DNA of 62,951 bases from a virus (IMGVR_UViG_3300045988_106087:1-62951), one strand, 5' to 3'. Shown: positions 1 to 9,216, counted from the stretch's first letter. Notes: a model not told the origin generated them from the sequence alone. Numbers and translations: made by a program.

Positions 1-99
1 TCAAGGGGAATCGGACGCAAGAGGCCATACGATAGAATACAACGATGAAAACGGAAAATCATGTGAAATAAAGGTCACATACGCTGAATTAGAACGAGA
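1..99. repeat. Terminal direct repeat, left copy (assembly overlap of a circular molecule or terminal redundancy)
   Basis: nt 1-99 (tcaaggggaatcggacgcaag...ttagaacgaga) are identical to 62853-62951. Confidence 0.95.
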
Positions 100-148
100 G
101 ATTGACAGATTGATTGCAAGTGGAGAATATGCAGAAAGTGAGAAATAA
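1..148 (+). CDS. 3' end of the CDS that begins at 62629 and reads through the circular junction (hypothetical protein)
   Basis: The frame from ATG 62629 continues across the junction (62853 = nt 1): ...QGESDARGHTIEYNDENGKSCEIKVTYAELEREIDRLIASGEYAESEK, stop TAA 146-148. Confidence 0.7.
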   Translation, partial: QGESDARGHTIEYNDENGKSCEIKVTYAELEREIDRLIASGEYAESEK

Positions 149-150
149 CA

Positions 151-294
151 ATGCGTGAAATCTGTGGGAAATGCAAATACCATCAATACGAGAAAGAAAG
201 TAAAGGATGGGTATGTTGCAATGGCGAGAGTGAGTATTGTGCCGATTGGACAGAATACAACGATACTTGCGAGGATTTTGAAGAAAGGAGTTAG
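151..294 (+). CDS. Small Cys-rich protein (47 aa)
   Basis: ATG 151, stop TAG 292-294. Translation MREICGKCKYHQYEKESKGWVCCNGESEYCADW.... Packed tightly between neighbouring genes. Below the 60-aa cutoff of the ORF track. Confidence 0.45.
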   Translation: MREICGKCKYHQYEKESKGWVCCNGESEYCADWTEYNDTCEDFEERS

Positions 295-297
295 CAG

Positions 298-738
298 ATG
301 AACGAGAGATATTTATCCAAAGCAAAACGAATTGATAATGGGGAGTGGGAAATTGGTAGTCTAATTGCATTGCCGACAGGAGAATATGAGATTTCAAATA
401 AATGCAATAATCCACCAGATTGTGACCCTATGTGGGATAAAGTAGTAATTACACACAAAGTAGACCCATCCACCATTTGCCAATGCACAGGATTGAAAGA
501 CAAGAACGGAAAGCTGATTTGGGAGAATGATGTTGTTGAAATTGGAGAGCATGAAGATAGTGTAAATGGACTATATAAAGTAATTTATTGTGAAATTAAT
601 TTTTGCTATGCACTGGAAAGAAGTATTGATTTTCATTACAACTTTTTTACTTTTTCAGCTTTAAATGGTTTTGAAACATCTTCCGAAGTTATCGGCAACA
701 TATTTGACAATCCAGAGTTGTTAGAAGGAGGCGAATAA
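298..738 (+). CDS. YopX-family phage protein
   Basis: 146 aa with the typical YopX C-terminal signature (...EVIGNIFDNPELLE) and a 'CTGLKDKNGKLIWENDVV' core. Confidence 0.8.
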   Translation: MNERYLSKAKRIDNGEWEIGSLIALPTGEYEISNKCNNPPDCDPMWDKVVITHKVDPSTICQCTGLKDKNGKLIWENDVVEIGEHEDSVNGLYKVIYCEINFCYALERSIDFHYNFFTFSALNGFETSSEVIGNIFDNPELLEGGE

Positions 739-739
739 G

Positions 740-988
740 ATGGAATTAGAATTAGATGAAGTGATTGAAAATTTGGAATATCTCGTTTCGGATAGTTGTA
801 CAGACACGCAGTTTGATTACATTGAAGAAATAGAGATTGCAACCAAGGCACTTGAAAAGCAGATACCAAATAAAGTCAAGGAATATGGCATTTGTCCAAA
901 ATGTAACCATGATTTTGGAATGGAAAAAGTAAATTATTGTCCTCACTGTGGACAAAGATTAGATTGGAGGAATGAGCATGACGATTGA
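740..988 (+). CDS. Small zinc-ribbon protein
   Basis: 82 aa, CPKC...CPHC pair. Confidence 0.6.
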   Translation: MELELDEVIENLEYLVSDSCTDTQFDYIEEIEIATKALEKQIPNKVKEYGICPKCNHDFGMEKVNYCPHCGQRLDWRNEHDD

Positions 989-1271
989 TGAAATAATACA
1001 AGAATATAAAGATGAAGCAGAAGATCAGAGAAGGGCTGCAAAATCCCTTAATTGCATCGAACTTGATTTTTATGCTGAAAAAAACGAGCAAATTGCGGAG
1101 TGGTTGGAAGAACTGAAAGCATTCAGAGAAAACAAATGGACTTTAATCTGGCAAGCAAGAGGTTACAACAAGGCTATTGATGATTTTGCAGGGAAGTTGA
1201 AAACTGAATACAAAAACGCAGTTGCGGAGCAGTTGAAAGCAGATCATCCAGTAAAAGAAAGTGAGGACTAG
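978..1271 (+). CDS. Hypothetical protein
   Basis: ORF 972..1271. ATG 978 sits 7 nt after GGAGG. Confidence 0.55.
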   Translation: MTIDEIIQEYKDEAEDQRRAAKSLNCIELDFYAEKNEQIAEWLEELKAFRENKWTLIWQARGYNKAIDDFAGKLKTEYKNAVAEQLKADHPVKESED

Positions 1272-1273
1272 CC

Positions 1274-1534
1274 ATGGCTCAATATTGCAGGTACTGTAAC
1301 AACCTTGTAACTGGGAACGGCATTTATTGCACGGCGAAGAAACGTGAGATAGCGGAAAGCACCGCAAAATCTACGAATAAATGTAAGTTGTTTGAACTGA
1401 ACTATTTAGATGCGTTCTGCGAAAACATAGATGGTTACAAGCCGAGGAAACCTCTAACGTCTACCGGGAAGAAATGTGATGGACAAATGAAGATTGATCT
1501 AAATTATACAGAAACAACACAGATTCCTACTTGA
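1274..1534 (+). CDS. Hypothetical Cys-containing protein
   Basis: 86-aa ORF, CRYC...C motif, tightly packed. Confidence 0.5.
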   Translation: MAQYCRYCNNLVTGNGIYCTAKKREIAESTAKSTNKCKLFELNYLDAFCENIDGYKPRKPLTSTGKKCDGQMKIDLNYTETTQIPT

Positions 1535-1751
1535 CGTTTTATGTAAATTATGGTAATATAATTTTGCTGATTATCAAATTTGTATATTTTGGAAATGTAG
1601 CCGTGGTGACACACTGAAAGTCATTACGGCTATATTTATATAAAAATACTTGAATTTTTCTGCTATAATGTTAAAATTATTTATAAAATAGTGGCAATTT
1701 TCTATTTTTTGTAACGAAAACAATGATTTCACAGTAGAAAGAGAGGTTTTT

Positions 1752-2531
1752 ATGAATGAAGTAGAAGAAAAATCGAAACAAAACACCATTCCGAAAGCGG
1801 TAACCAATGATGGTATACCGGTATTTTGTTCACATGATGAACTTGTTCCCACGCAAAACCTACACCCTAACCCACGAAACCCTAACCAACACCCTAATTC
1901 CCAGATTGAACTTTTAGGAAATATCATAGAGAAAACCGGTTGGAGAATGCCGATTACTGTCTCCAATCAATCAAACATGATCGTGAAAGGTCATGGCAGA
2001 CTTCAAGCGGCATTGAACAAAGGATGGTCCAATGTCCCGGTAGACTATCAGGACTATGCAACGAATGAAGAGGAACTTGCTGATCTGATGGCTGATAACA
2101 GACTTTCTGAGTTGTCGGATAATGATGATCTGATTTTGTCCGAATTGATTCAGGAAGTGAAAGATGCTGATCCAGATATGCTTGAAATGACAGGCTACAC
2201 GGAAGAGGATCTGCAAGAGATGCTTGACAGCATAAACGATGGTTCGGAAGAGCAGGAAGAAGAGGAAGAACCGACCAAAGATTTATCTCCTTTTGCAAAA
2301 GCCGGTGATGTATGGCAGCTGGGGGAGCATAGGTTGATTGTCGGGGAAGATGATCCGGTATGTGATGGTATCATTGCAAACTATGTATATGAGACCGGAA
2401 ACCTTGGATGCACCTGTTCTCGTGATGGTAAGGAATACGGATATATGGAACTGATAACCGCATGGTCCGTTGAAAATGGAATGGAATCCGATATGTTTAA
2501 GATAAGAAAGCCTACAATCATTAGAAAATAA
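1752..2531 (+). CDS. ParB-like N-terminal (nuclease/sulfiredoxin-fold) domain protein carrying only the entry motif of a DNA methyltransferase domain
   Basis: The 'HPNPRNPNQHP...KGHGRLQA' ParB-N signature, an acidic linker, then 'GDVWQLGEHRLIVG', which normally opens N4/N6-MTase domains. No DPPY/catalytic motif follows. Confidence 0.75.
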   Translation: MNEVEEKSKQNTIPKAVTNDGIPVFCSHDELVPTQNLHPNPRNPNQHPNSQIELLGNIIEKTGWRMPITVSNQSNMIVKGHGRLQAALNKGWSNVPVDYQDYATNEEELADLMADNRLSELSDNDDLILSELIQEVKDADPDMLEMTGYTEEDLQEMLDSINDGSEEQEEEEEPTKDLSPFAKAGDVWQLGEHRLIVGEDDPVCDGIIANYVYETGNLGCTCSRDGKEYGYMELITAWSVENGMESDMFKIRKPTIIRK

Positions 2532-2543
2532 CAATGACAGGAT

Positions 2544-2747
2544 GTGTTTGTTTGCATGGTGACATTGAGAAGGTATGGAAAATATGTAAACAGGAAATGT
2601 CTTGAACTGTATGGGAAAAGTACAGATGAAAAACCTATTGATGTATTCGATGGTAAAGTCATTGGAAATGCATCGGAATTTTATGAGATGGACACAAAAC
2701 GGATATTTTTCTACAGTGAAGATGATAAGACATGGTACGAACAATAA
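2544..2747 (+). CDS. Hypothetical small protein
   Basis: 67-aa ORF. Start uncertain. Confidence 0.4.
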   Translation: MFVCMVTLRRYGKYVNRKCLELYGKSTDEKPIDVFDGKVIGNASEFYEMDTKRIFFYSEDDKTWYEQ

Positions 2748-2761
2748 GGATGTGAAGTTTC

Positions 2762-2968
2762 ATGGACTTAAAGACATTGGCAGCAGCTAAACGATACACA
2801 GATGAAAAATTCGGAAAAGAGTCTGCCTATGAAGTCATAGAAAAAATACCAGTAACAGAAAAAGTTCAAAACATCCGAAGAATTGAACTTATACCAGCAG
2901 AAGATACATCTTCAGGAAATGCCGAAATAAGAATATACGGCATAAAAGAGAAAGACGACCAAGAATAA
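2762..2968 (+). CDS. Hypothetical small protein
   Basis: 68-aa ORF. Confidence 0.45.
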   Translation: MDLKTLAAAKRYTDEKFGKESAYEVIEKIPVTEKVQNIRRIELIPAEDTSSGNAEIRIYGIKEKDDQE

Positions 2969-3011
2969 TCCAGTGATGGTGCTGGAGTACAGATAGGACG
3001 GATATAAACAT

Positions 3012-3698
3012 ATGAGTATCAAACCTAAGGCTATGGCCGGGGATATACCGGTGTATTGTTCACATGATAAGATTGTCAGCATTACAAAGGTAGTACCGAA
3101 CCCACGGAATCCAAACATTCACCCGGAGCGGCAGATCGAGATTCTGTCAAAGATCATTCAGGAGCAGGGATGGCGGCAGCCGATAACGATAAGCAGCCGG
3201 AGCGGATTTATTGTCAAGGGCCATGGTAGGTATCTGGCAGCCGTAAAATTCAATGCAAATGATGTTCCGGTAGATTACCAGGACTACGAAAACGAAGCGG
3301 AAGAATGGGCGGACCTTATCGCAGATAACCGCATATCAGAACTAAGCAACATGAATGAGGATTTGCTTGCTGATCTTTTGGGAGAAATAAACGATTTGGA
3401 TTTTGATATTCTCCTAACCGGTATGGAATATGCCGATATTGACAGCCTAATCAATAATGACGAAGCCTTGACCGTGATCGATGAAATAACCACACCAAAA
3501 CCCTCTCATACATACCACGAGAACACTCCACAGTATGATGACAGCACAAGCACAGAAACCCCACAGGAAGAACACATTCAAGAAGACTATGAACACACCA
3601 TCGAAAACAGAAAAGCACAGACCGGCGAGATTGATATTAACGATTTCTCCGAGGACAAATACAAAAATCAATGTCCAAAGTGTAAGTTTATGTGGTGA
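3012..3698 (+). CDS. ParB-like N-terminal domain protein (paralog of 1752..2531) with C-terminal CxxC
   Basis: 'VVPNPRNPNIHP...KGHGRYLA' has the same architecture as the first paralog. The stop overlaps the start of the C5-MTase (TGATG). Confidence 0.75.
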   Translation: MSIKPKAMAGDIPVYCSHDKIVSITKVVPNPRNPNIHPERQIEILSKIIQEQGWRQPITISSRSGFIVKGHGRYLAAVKFNANDVPVDYQDYENEAEEWADLIADNRISELSNMNEDLLADLLGEINDLDFDILLTGMEYADIDSLINNDEALTVIDEITTPKPSHTYHENTPQYDDSTSTETPQEEHIQEDYEHTIENRKAQTGEIDINDFSEDKYKNQCPKCKFMW

Positions 3699-4720
3699 TG
3701 GCTATGCGACCGAAATGGAAATGGTATAAATCTGATCTCTACTATGTGAAAAAGAACGGACTGAAAGTGTTCAGCACCTTTTCATGTGGAGGGGGTTCTT
3801 CCTATGGTTACAAACTGGCAGGCTATGAATTGCTTGGGAATTGCGAGATTGACGAAAAAATAAATGCTATGTATGTGAAGAATCACAAGCCACGATTCAA
3901 TTACAACATGGATATAAGGGATTTCAACGAACTCCAAAATCTCCCGAAAGAACTCTTCGAACTGGATATTCTGGACGGCTCTCCACCTTGCAGCACATTC
4001 TCGATGGCTGGCATCAGAGAGGAAGCATGGGGGAAAGAAAAACGTTTCCGAGAGGGGCAGAAAAAGCAGACTCTTGATGATCTGTTTTTTGCATTCATTG
4101 AAACGGTGGAAAAACTGAAACCTAAGGTTGTTGTTGCGGAGAATGTAGACGGAATGACACGAGGGAAAGCAAAGTATTACATCACCATGGTAATACGTGA
4201 ATTTCAGCGGATTGGGTACAATGTGCAGATTTTCCGGCTTAATTCCATGTTCATGAACGTACCACAGAGCCGGACGAGAATATTCTTTATTGCTAACAGA
4301 ATGGGATTTCCGAAACTTACCATCAAACCGGATGAAAAGCCGATCATGTACAGGGAAATTGCTACCTCGGCGAAAACAATCAATCCTAAAACCGATGGAT
4401 ATAAACTCATGAAATACCATTTAACACCGAATGACAGGAATATAGGGGATATCAATAAGAGATTGAAAGGGAAACCATCCAATTTCAATACACCCATATT
4501 CCGGTTTGATAAAGTCTGCCCTACCATCACGGCAAATGCAGAAGCATACCGGGAAGATGTGTGTTATGTGCCGGACAGAGATATCATATCCGCATCCACA
4601 TTTCCGCAGGATTATGATTTCAACGGAAATCCGGTCAAATATGTGTGCGGTATGAGTGTACCGCCACGAATGATGGAATACATAGCAAAGGAAATTGAAA
4701 AACAATGGTTCAAACGCTGA
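3698..4720 (+). CDS. DNA (cytosine-5)-methyltransferase
   Basis: Motif I 'FSCGGGSSYG', motif IV 'GSPPCSTFS', motif VI 'ENV', motif VIII 'QSRTRIFFIA'. The ORF is open from 3692. ATG 3698 overlaps the upstream stop. Confidence 0.9.
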   Translation: MAMRPKWKWYKSDLYYVKKNGLKVFSTFSCGGGSSYGYKLAGYELLGNCEIDEKINAMYVKNHKPRFNYNMDIRDFNELQNLPKELFELDILDGSPPCSTFSMAGIREEAWGKEKRFREGQKKQTLDDLFFAFIETVEKLKPKVVVAENVDGMTRGKAKYYITMVIREFQRIGYNVQIFRLNSMFMNVPQSRTRIFFIANRMGFPKLTIKPDEKPIMYREIATSAKTINPKTDGYKLMKYHLTPNDRNIGDINKRLKGKPSNFNTPIFRFDKVCPTITANAEAYREDVCYVPDRDIISASTFPQDYDFNGNPVKYVCGMSVPPRMMEYIAKEIEKQWFKR

Positions 4721-4848
4721 AAACACTTAAAAGATTGAAAGCAGAAAAGAAAATAACCTTGCAACAATACAGGACATACAGAGGTCAAGTATTTAGTGGA
4801 AACATAGACGGCTGCATTGTCGGCTTGAAGCGAAAGAAACTGATTTAA
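4705..4848 (+). CDS. Possible small protein (47 aa)
   Basis: ATG 4705, stop 4846-4848, MVQTLKTLKRLKAEKKITLQQYRTYRGQVFSG.... Fills the gap between the MTase gene and terS. No strong RBS. Confidence 0.3.
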   Translation: MVQTLKTLKRLKAEKKITLQQYRTYRGQVFSGNIDGCIVGLKRKKLI

Positions 4849-4865
4849 CGAAAGGAGTGATAGCC

Positions 4866-5390
4866 ATGGCGAAAGAAAAGGAAATAATGCCGTGGGAACG
4901 GCAGGAGGGCGAGACACCTAAGCAGTTTGAAGCGTTCCGAACATACCGTGACTTGGGGGATGAAAGAAGTTTGAAGAAAGTTTCCGATATGTTGAAAAAA
5001 TCGGTTCAACTACTTGGAAGATGGAGCAGCATGAACAATTGGAAAGAAAGATGCGCTCAATGGGACAACGAACAGGACAGAATCGCAAGACAGGAACAGC
5101 TTAAAGACATCAAGAAGATGCGTAAACGTCATGCTGACGTAGCGAGTGCCATGATTGCTACCGCAGTAAAGGGGTTGAAACAGATTCAGGAACACATGGA
5201 AGACATCAAGCCGCAGGATGTAGCAAGGCTTGTTGATGTAGCATCCAAACTGGAGCGTATCAGCCGTGGAGATGTCGGAGATGTTGTCGAGCAGAGGGAT
5301 GGCGGTCAGACAGTTGATCCGGTGCAGATCTACATTCCGGACAATGGACGAAGCCGGAAAGATGATTCCTTTGACGATTTGGAAGTTTAG
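4866..5390 (+). CDS. terS: Terminase small subunit (putative)
   Basis: Lies immediately upstream of terL. The N-terminus 'WERQEGETPKQFEAFRTYRDLGDERSL' resembles HTH-type small terminases. ATG 4866 lies 8 nt after AAAGGAG. Confidence 0.6.
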   Translation: MAKEKEIMPWERQEGETPKQFEAFRTYRDLGDERSLKKVSDMLKKSVQLLGRWSSMNNWKERCAQWDNEQDRIARQEQLKDIKKMRKRHADVASAMIATAVKGLKQIQEHMEDIKPQDVARLVDVASKLERISRGDVGDVVEQRDGGQTVDPVQIYIPDNGRSRKDDSFDDLEV

Positions 5391-5431
5391 TCCAAGATTA
5401 GTCCAAATTTAGTCCAAGTTTAGACCATGAT
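5388..5431 (+). repeat. Four tandem 11-bp repeats (TAGTCCAAgAT / TAGTCCAAaTT / TAGTCCAAgTT / TAGaCCAtgAT) between terS and terL
   Basis: Read directly from the sequence. One helical turn per repeat. Starts at the terS stop codon. Confidence 0.9.
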
Positions 5432-5459
5432 AAAAACATGATGAAAAGGGGGTGATGCC

Positions 5460-7052
5460 ATGCCAGTAGTAATTAAACCACAGCCGAAACAGGAGCAGTT
5501 CCTAAGTTCCCCGGCTGACATCGTTATTTATGGCGGTGCTGCAGGTGGGGGAAAAACTTATTCTCTCCTGATGGAAGAGTGCCGGAATAGTCCAAACCCG
5601 AAATTCAATAGCGTTATTTTCCGTAGGAATAACACGCAGATATTCACGAACGGCGGTTTGTGGGATTCTGCCATGGCATTACTCCCTCAAATTGGAGCAG
5701 AGCCGAAAAAGACCCCGAAGCCTACGTTCACATTCCGGAGCGGTGCAAAGGTTGTATTCGATCATCTGGAACGGTACGAGGATTGTCTTGCTTATCAGGG
5801 TTCACAGCTGGTTATGGTTGCGTTCGATGAATTGACGCACTTTGATGAGGATGTATTCTGGTATATGTTTTCTCGTATTCGTTCTGATTCCGGCATTGAT
5901 GGCTATGTACGAGCCACAACGAACCCCGACCCTGATAGTTGGGTTCGGACGTTCATTGACTGGTGGATAGGGGAAGATGGCTTGGCTATCCCGGAGCGAA
6001 GCGGTAAACTCCGCTGGTTTATCCGCATAAATGGGGAGTGCGTCTGGGGAGATTCCAGAATGGAACTACTCAAATACCAGTTTGACGGAGACATCACAGA
6101 AGTAGACAAGTCTATTGATGATACGGATAAACTGTTCATCCTTGACGAAAACGACAGCAAGGCACAAACGGTTATCAAAGAGGGCAGAGAGGGCGTTCTA
6201 TACGTTGTCACAGGAACGAAAGAGTTCTTCCAATGGACAGGCGAAGAATACCACCGATTGATGGCACCAAAGAGCGTGACATTCATCCTCTCCACGTTGC
6301 AAGATAACAAGATCCTGATGCGAAATGATCCGTCATACCTTGCCAATCTGCAATCTCTGCCATATGTGGAGCAGGAGCGTTTGCTTGGCGGCAACTGGAA
6401 CATCCGTCCTGCTGCCGGAATGTACTTCCCACGTGCAAAGGCCAATATCATTGACGAGATCCCGAACGATGTTAAGAAGTGGGTTCGTGCTTGGGACCTT
6501 GCCGGAACAGAGGACAAGAAAAACAATAATCCGGAAGATGGTCCGGCTTATACCGCCGGTGTGCTTATCGGCAAACGGAAGAACGGACGTATTGTGATCG
6601 CTGACGTTATCAATCAGCGGCTTGATTCAAGTGACGTAAGAAGCACCGTTTTGAACACCGCCAAGGCTGACAAGGCAGCATACAAGCGTGTACGCATACG
6701 AATGAACCAAGACCCAGGGCAAGCCGGGAAAGACCAGGCGGCGCAGTATCTCAAATTGCTGTCCGGATTCAGTGTAAATATCGAACGTGAGAGCGGTTCT
6801 AAAGAGACAAGAGCCGAATCCCTATCATCACAATGGATAGGCTTGAAAGGCTCTGAAATGGGCAATGTGGACGTTCTGAATGCACCGTGGACACAATCCT
6901 ACCTTGCACAGATGGACGGCTTTCCGGATAGAAAGTTCAAGGATATGGCCGATGCCAGTTCCACCGGATTCCTCGAACTCGAAAGTATGTCAGGTGGTTC
7001 CGCACCGCCTAAAGATACAGGTAACAGTAAACAATCATATTGGAACAGATAG
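5460..7052 (+). CDS. terL: Terminase large subunit
   Basis: Walker A 'GGAAGGGKTYS', Walker B-like 'VMVAFDELTH', C-terminal nuclease region. Position upstream of the portal gene. Confidence 0.9.
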   Translation: MPVVIKPQPKQEQFLSSPADIVIYGGAAGGGKTYSLLMEECRNSPNPKFNSVIFRRNNTQIFTNGGLWDSAMALLPQIGAEPKKTPKPTFTFRSGAKVVFDHLERYEDCLAYQGSQLVMVAFDELTHFDEDVFWYMFSRIRSDSGIDGYVRATTNPDPDSWVRTFIDWWIGEDGLAIPERSGKLRWFIRINGECVWGDSRMELLKYQFDGDITEVDKSIDDTDKLFILDENDSKAQTVIKEGREGVLYVVTGTKEFFQWTGEEYHRLMAPKSVTFILSTLQDNKILMRNDPSYLANLQSLPYVEQERLLGGNWNIRPAAGMYFPRAKANIIDEIPNDVKKWVRAWDLAGTEDKKNNNPEDGPAYTAGVLIGKRKNGRIVIADVINQRLDSSDVRSTVLNTAKADKAAYKRVRIRMNQDPGQAGKDQAAQYLKLLSGFSVNIERESGSKETRAESLSSQWIGLKGSEMGNVDVLNAPWTQSYLAQMDGFPDRKFKDMADASSTGFLELESMSGGSAPPKDTGNSKQSYWNR

Positions 7053-7062
7053 GAGGTAACCA

Positions 7063-8514
7063 ATGGCAAAAGAAATAGGTAGAATAGGACAACGGAGATA
7101 TTCCGGTGTGTTCTTTGAAGAGTTCTTGACGGAACTAAGAGGTGCAAAGGGAGCGGAAGTCTATACCGAGATGTCGGACAATGACAGCACGGTTGGGGCA
7201 ATTCTCTTTGCGATTGAAAACCTGATGCGTAACTGTGAATTTACAATTGAGCCGGGCGGTAATTCAGCCAAGGACAAAGAAGCGGCGGAGTTCGTGCAAG
7301 GGTGCATGGATGATATGTCTATGACATGGACGGACACGATCAGCGAGATTCTTTCATTCATCACTTACGGCTGGAGTTATCACGAGATTGTCTATAAGCG
7401 CAGAATGGGAAAGACCAGCAACCCACAATCAAGCAGCAAGTTTGACGATGGCTTGATCGGGTGGGCGAAGATTCCAATCCGAGCGCAGGAAACCCTTTTC
7501 GAATGGAAATACAAAGAGGGAACAGATGACCTCATCGGCATGGAGCAATGGTATATCACCGATTGCGACTTTGGACAGGTTGTGATCCCGATTGACAAGG
7601 CTCTACACTTTGTCACACGAAGCCGTAAAGCAAACCCAGAGGGCAGAAGTATCTTGCGTACCGCTTACCGTGACTGGTATTTCAAGAAACGTATTCAGGA
7701 GATCGAGGGTATCGGTATCGAACGTGACCTTGCCGGATTCCCTACGCTGAAAGCACCAGAGGGGATGGACTTGTGGGATGAGGATGATCCTGACATGGTA
7801 AATGCTCTTGCAAATGCACAGCGTATTGTAACAAGCATCCGAAGAGACAGCCGTGAGGGATTGGTACTCCCTTATGGTTGGGAACTTGCTTTGTTGTCCA
7901 CCGGCAGCAGGAGACAGTTTGACACGAACCAGATCATTGAAAGATACAACAAATCCATTGCTACGAGTGTGCTGACCGACTTTGTTCTTCTCGGACATGA
8001 AAGTGTCGGTTCTTTTGCGTTGGCCGACAACAAGACGAAGATGTTTGCGCTTGCCGTTGGTACCTACCTTGATATCATTTGTGAGGTATTCAACAATCAG
8101 GGAATCCCACGGCTCATTGACATGAACGGAGACCACTTCAAAGGCATTACAGAATATCCGTACATGAAGCACGGAGACATTGAGGATGCGAACCTTGAGA
8201 AGATAGGTGCATTCATCAATCAGATGATTGGAAGCGGTGCGCTTACTCCTGACGATGATCTGGAAGATTACATTCGTCAGATCAGCAACCTTCCGGAGAG
8301 AAAGACCAGCGTTCCGATGGAAGAGCGGAAAGGTGACGGCAGCGGTGGAAACAATCCACCTGATGGCAAGGATTCCGAGGGAAACCCGAAAGTAAATCCG
8401 TCAGCGGAGCATAACCGGGAGCAGTACAAGGAAAAGCAGCAGGAGAAAACACCGGATGATCTGGCAGACGAAAAGGAAGCCGAAGAAGCAAAGAAGAGTT
8501 TAGGCAGAAAGTGA
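7063..8514 (+). CDS. Portal protein (Mu gp29 / DUF935-like)
   Basis: 483 aa, follows terL. The N-terminal region is typical of DUF935 portals. Acidic/basic C-terminal tail. Confidence 0.8.
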   Translation: MAKEIGRIGQRRYSGVFFEEFLTELRGAKGAEVYTEMSDNDSTVGAILFAIENLMRNCEFTIEPGGNSAKDKEAAEFVQGCMDDMSMTWTDTISEILSFITYGWSYHEIVYKRRMGKTSNPQSSSKFDDGLIGWAKIPIRAQETLFEWKYKEGTDDLIGMEQWYITDCDFGQVVIPIDKALHFVTRSRKANPEGRSILRTAYRDWYFKKRIQEIEGIGIERDLAGFPTLKAPEGMDLWDEDDPDMVNALANAQRIVTSIRRDSREGLVLPYGWELALLSTGSRRQFDTNQIIERYNKSIATSVLTDFVLLGHESVGSFALADNKTKMFALAVGTYLDIICEVFNNQGIPRLIDMNGDHFKGITEYPYMKHGDIEDANLEKIGAFINQMIGSGALTPDDDLEDYIRQISNLPERKTSVPMEERKGDGSGGNNPPDGKDSEGNPKVNPSAEHNREQYKEKQQEKTPDDLADEKEAEEAKKSLGRK

Positions 8515-8524
8515 GGTTAAGAGA

Positions 8525-9031
8525 ATGGAATTAGAATTTGCTAAATACATAGGAACGAAACTGATTAAGGCAAAGCCAATGACAAGGGGAGAATACAACG
8601 CATATCGTGGCTGGACTTTACCAAAGAATGAGAACCCGGACGATGATGGTTATCTGATTGTCTATGTAGATTCAGACGATTATGTTTCCTGGTCACCGAA
8701 AGATGTCTTTGACCGTGCATACCGCTCCTGTGATGGTGGCATGACCTTTGGCGGTGCTATTGAACTGTTAAAGATGGGATTCAAGGTTGCAAGAAAAGGC
8801 TGGAACGGCAAGGGAATGTTTATCTATTTGCAGGACGGATCCTATCCGTACTTCCACCAGCTGAAAGAGGATGTGCAGCGGAAACTTATTGATTCGAATT
8901 GCACGAATGATAGCGGAGCGGTCACTATCTGCCCTCATATCGACATGAAAGCCGCTGACGGTTCTATTGTGATCGGGTGGTTAGCATCTCAGACGGATAT
9001 GCTTGCCGATGATTGGGTTGTCGTTCGATAG
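8525..9031 (+). CDS. DUF2829 (Tad2-like) domain protein with an extra N-terminal ~70-aa domain
   Basis: The C-terminal half 'MTFGGAIELLKMGFKVARKGWNGKGMFIYLQ...WLASQTDMLADDWVVV' matches the DUF2829 pattern. The N-terminal part is 'KAKPMTRGEYNAYRGW...SWSPKDVFDRAYR'. Confidence 0.75.
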   Translation: MELEFAKYIGTKLIKAKPMTRGEYNAYRGWTLPKNENPDDDGYLIVYVDSDDYVSWSPKDVFDRAYRSCDGGMTFGGAIELLKMGFKVARKGWNGKGMFIYLQDGSYPYFHQLKEDVQRKLIDSNCTNDSGAVTICPHIDMKAADGSIVIGWLASQTDMLADDWVVVR

Positions 9032-9187
9032 AAATGCTACTGTGAGAGCGTAGAGTGTGCCTATTTGCCATTTTAAATGTTTACTTGAAGAAATACCTAC
9101 CTAGAAAGTAAAAGTCTAAAATAGGGCAAATATGAGCCACGCAAAACTTATCCACCGGCTTATCAACACTATCAACAAAAATCAGTA

Positions 9188-9216
9188 TTGCAAAATACCA
9201 AAAAATGTAATATAAT
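9188..9216 (+). promoter_or_regulatory. Sigma-A type promoter (TTGCAA-17-TATAAT)
   Basis: -35 at 9188-9193, -10 at 9211-9216, 17-nt spacer. Confidence 0.6.

Noticed and set aside
1752-2531. Calling the first ParB-like protein an active ParB-methyltransferase fusion
   Set aside because: Only the lead-in motif GDVWQLGEHRL is present. There is no SAM-binding or DPPY/NPPY catalytic motif in this frame or in the other frames downstream.
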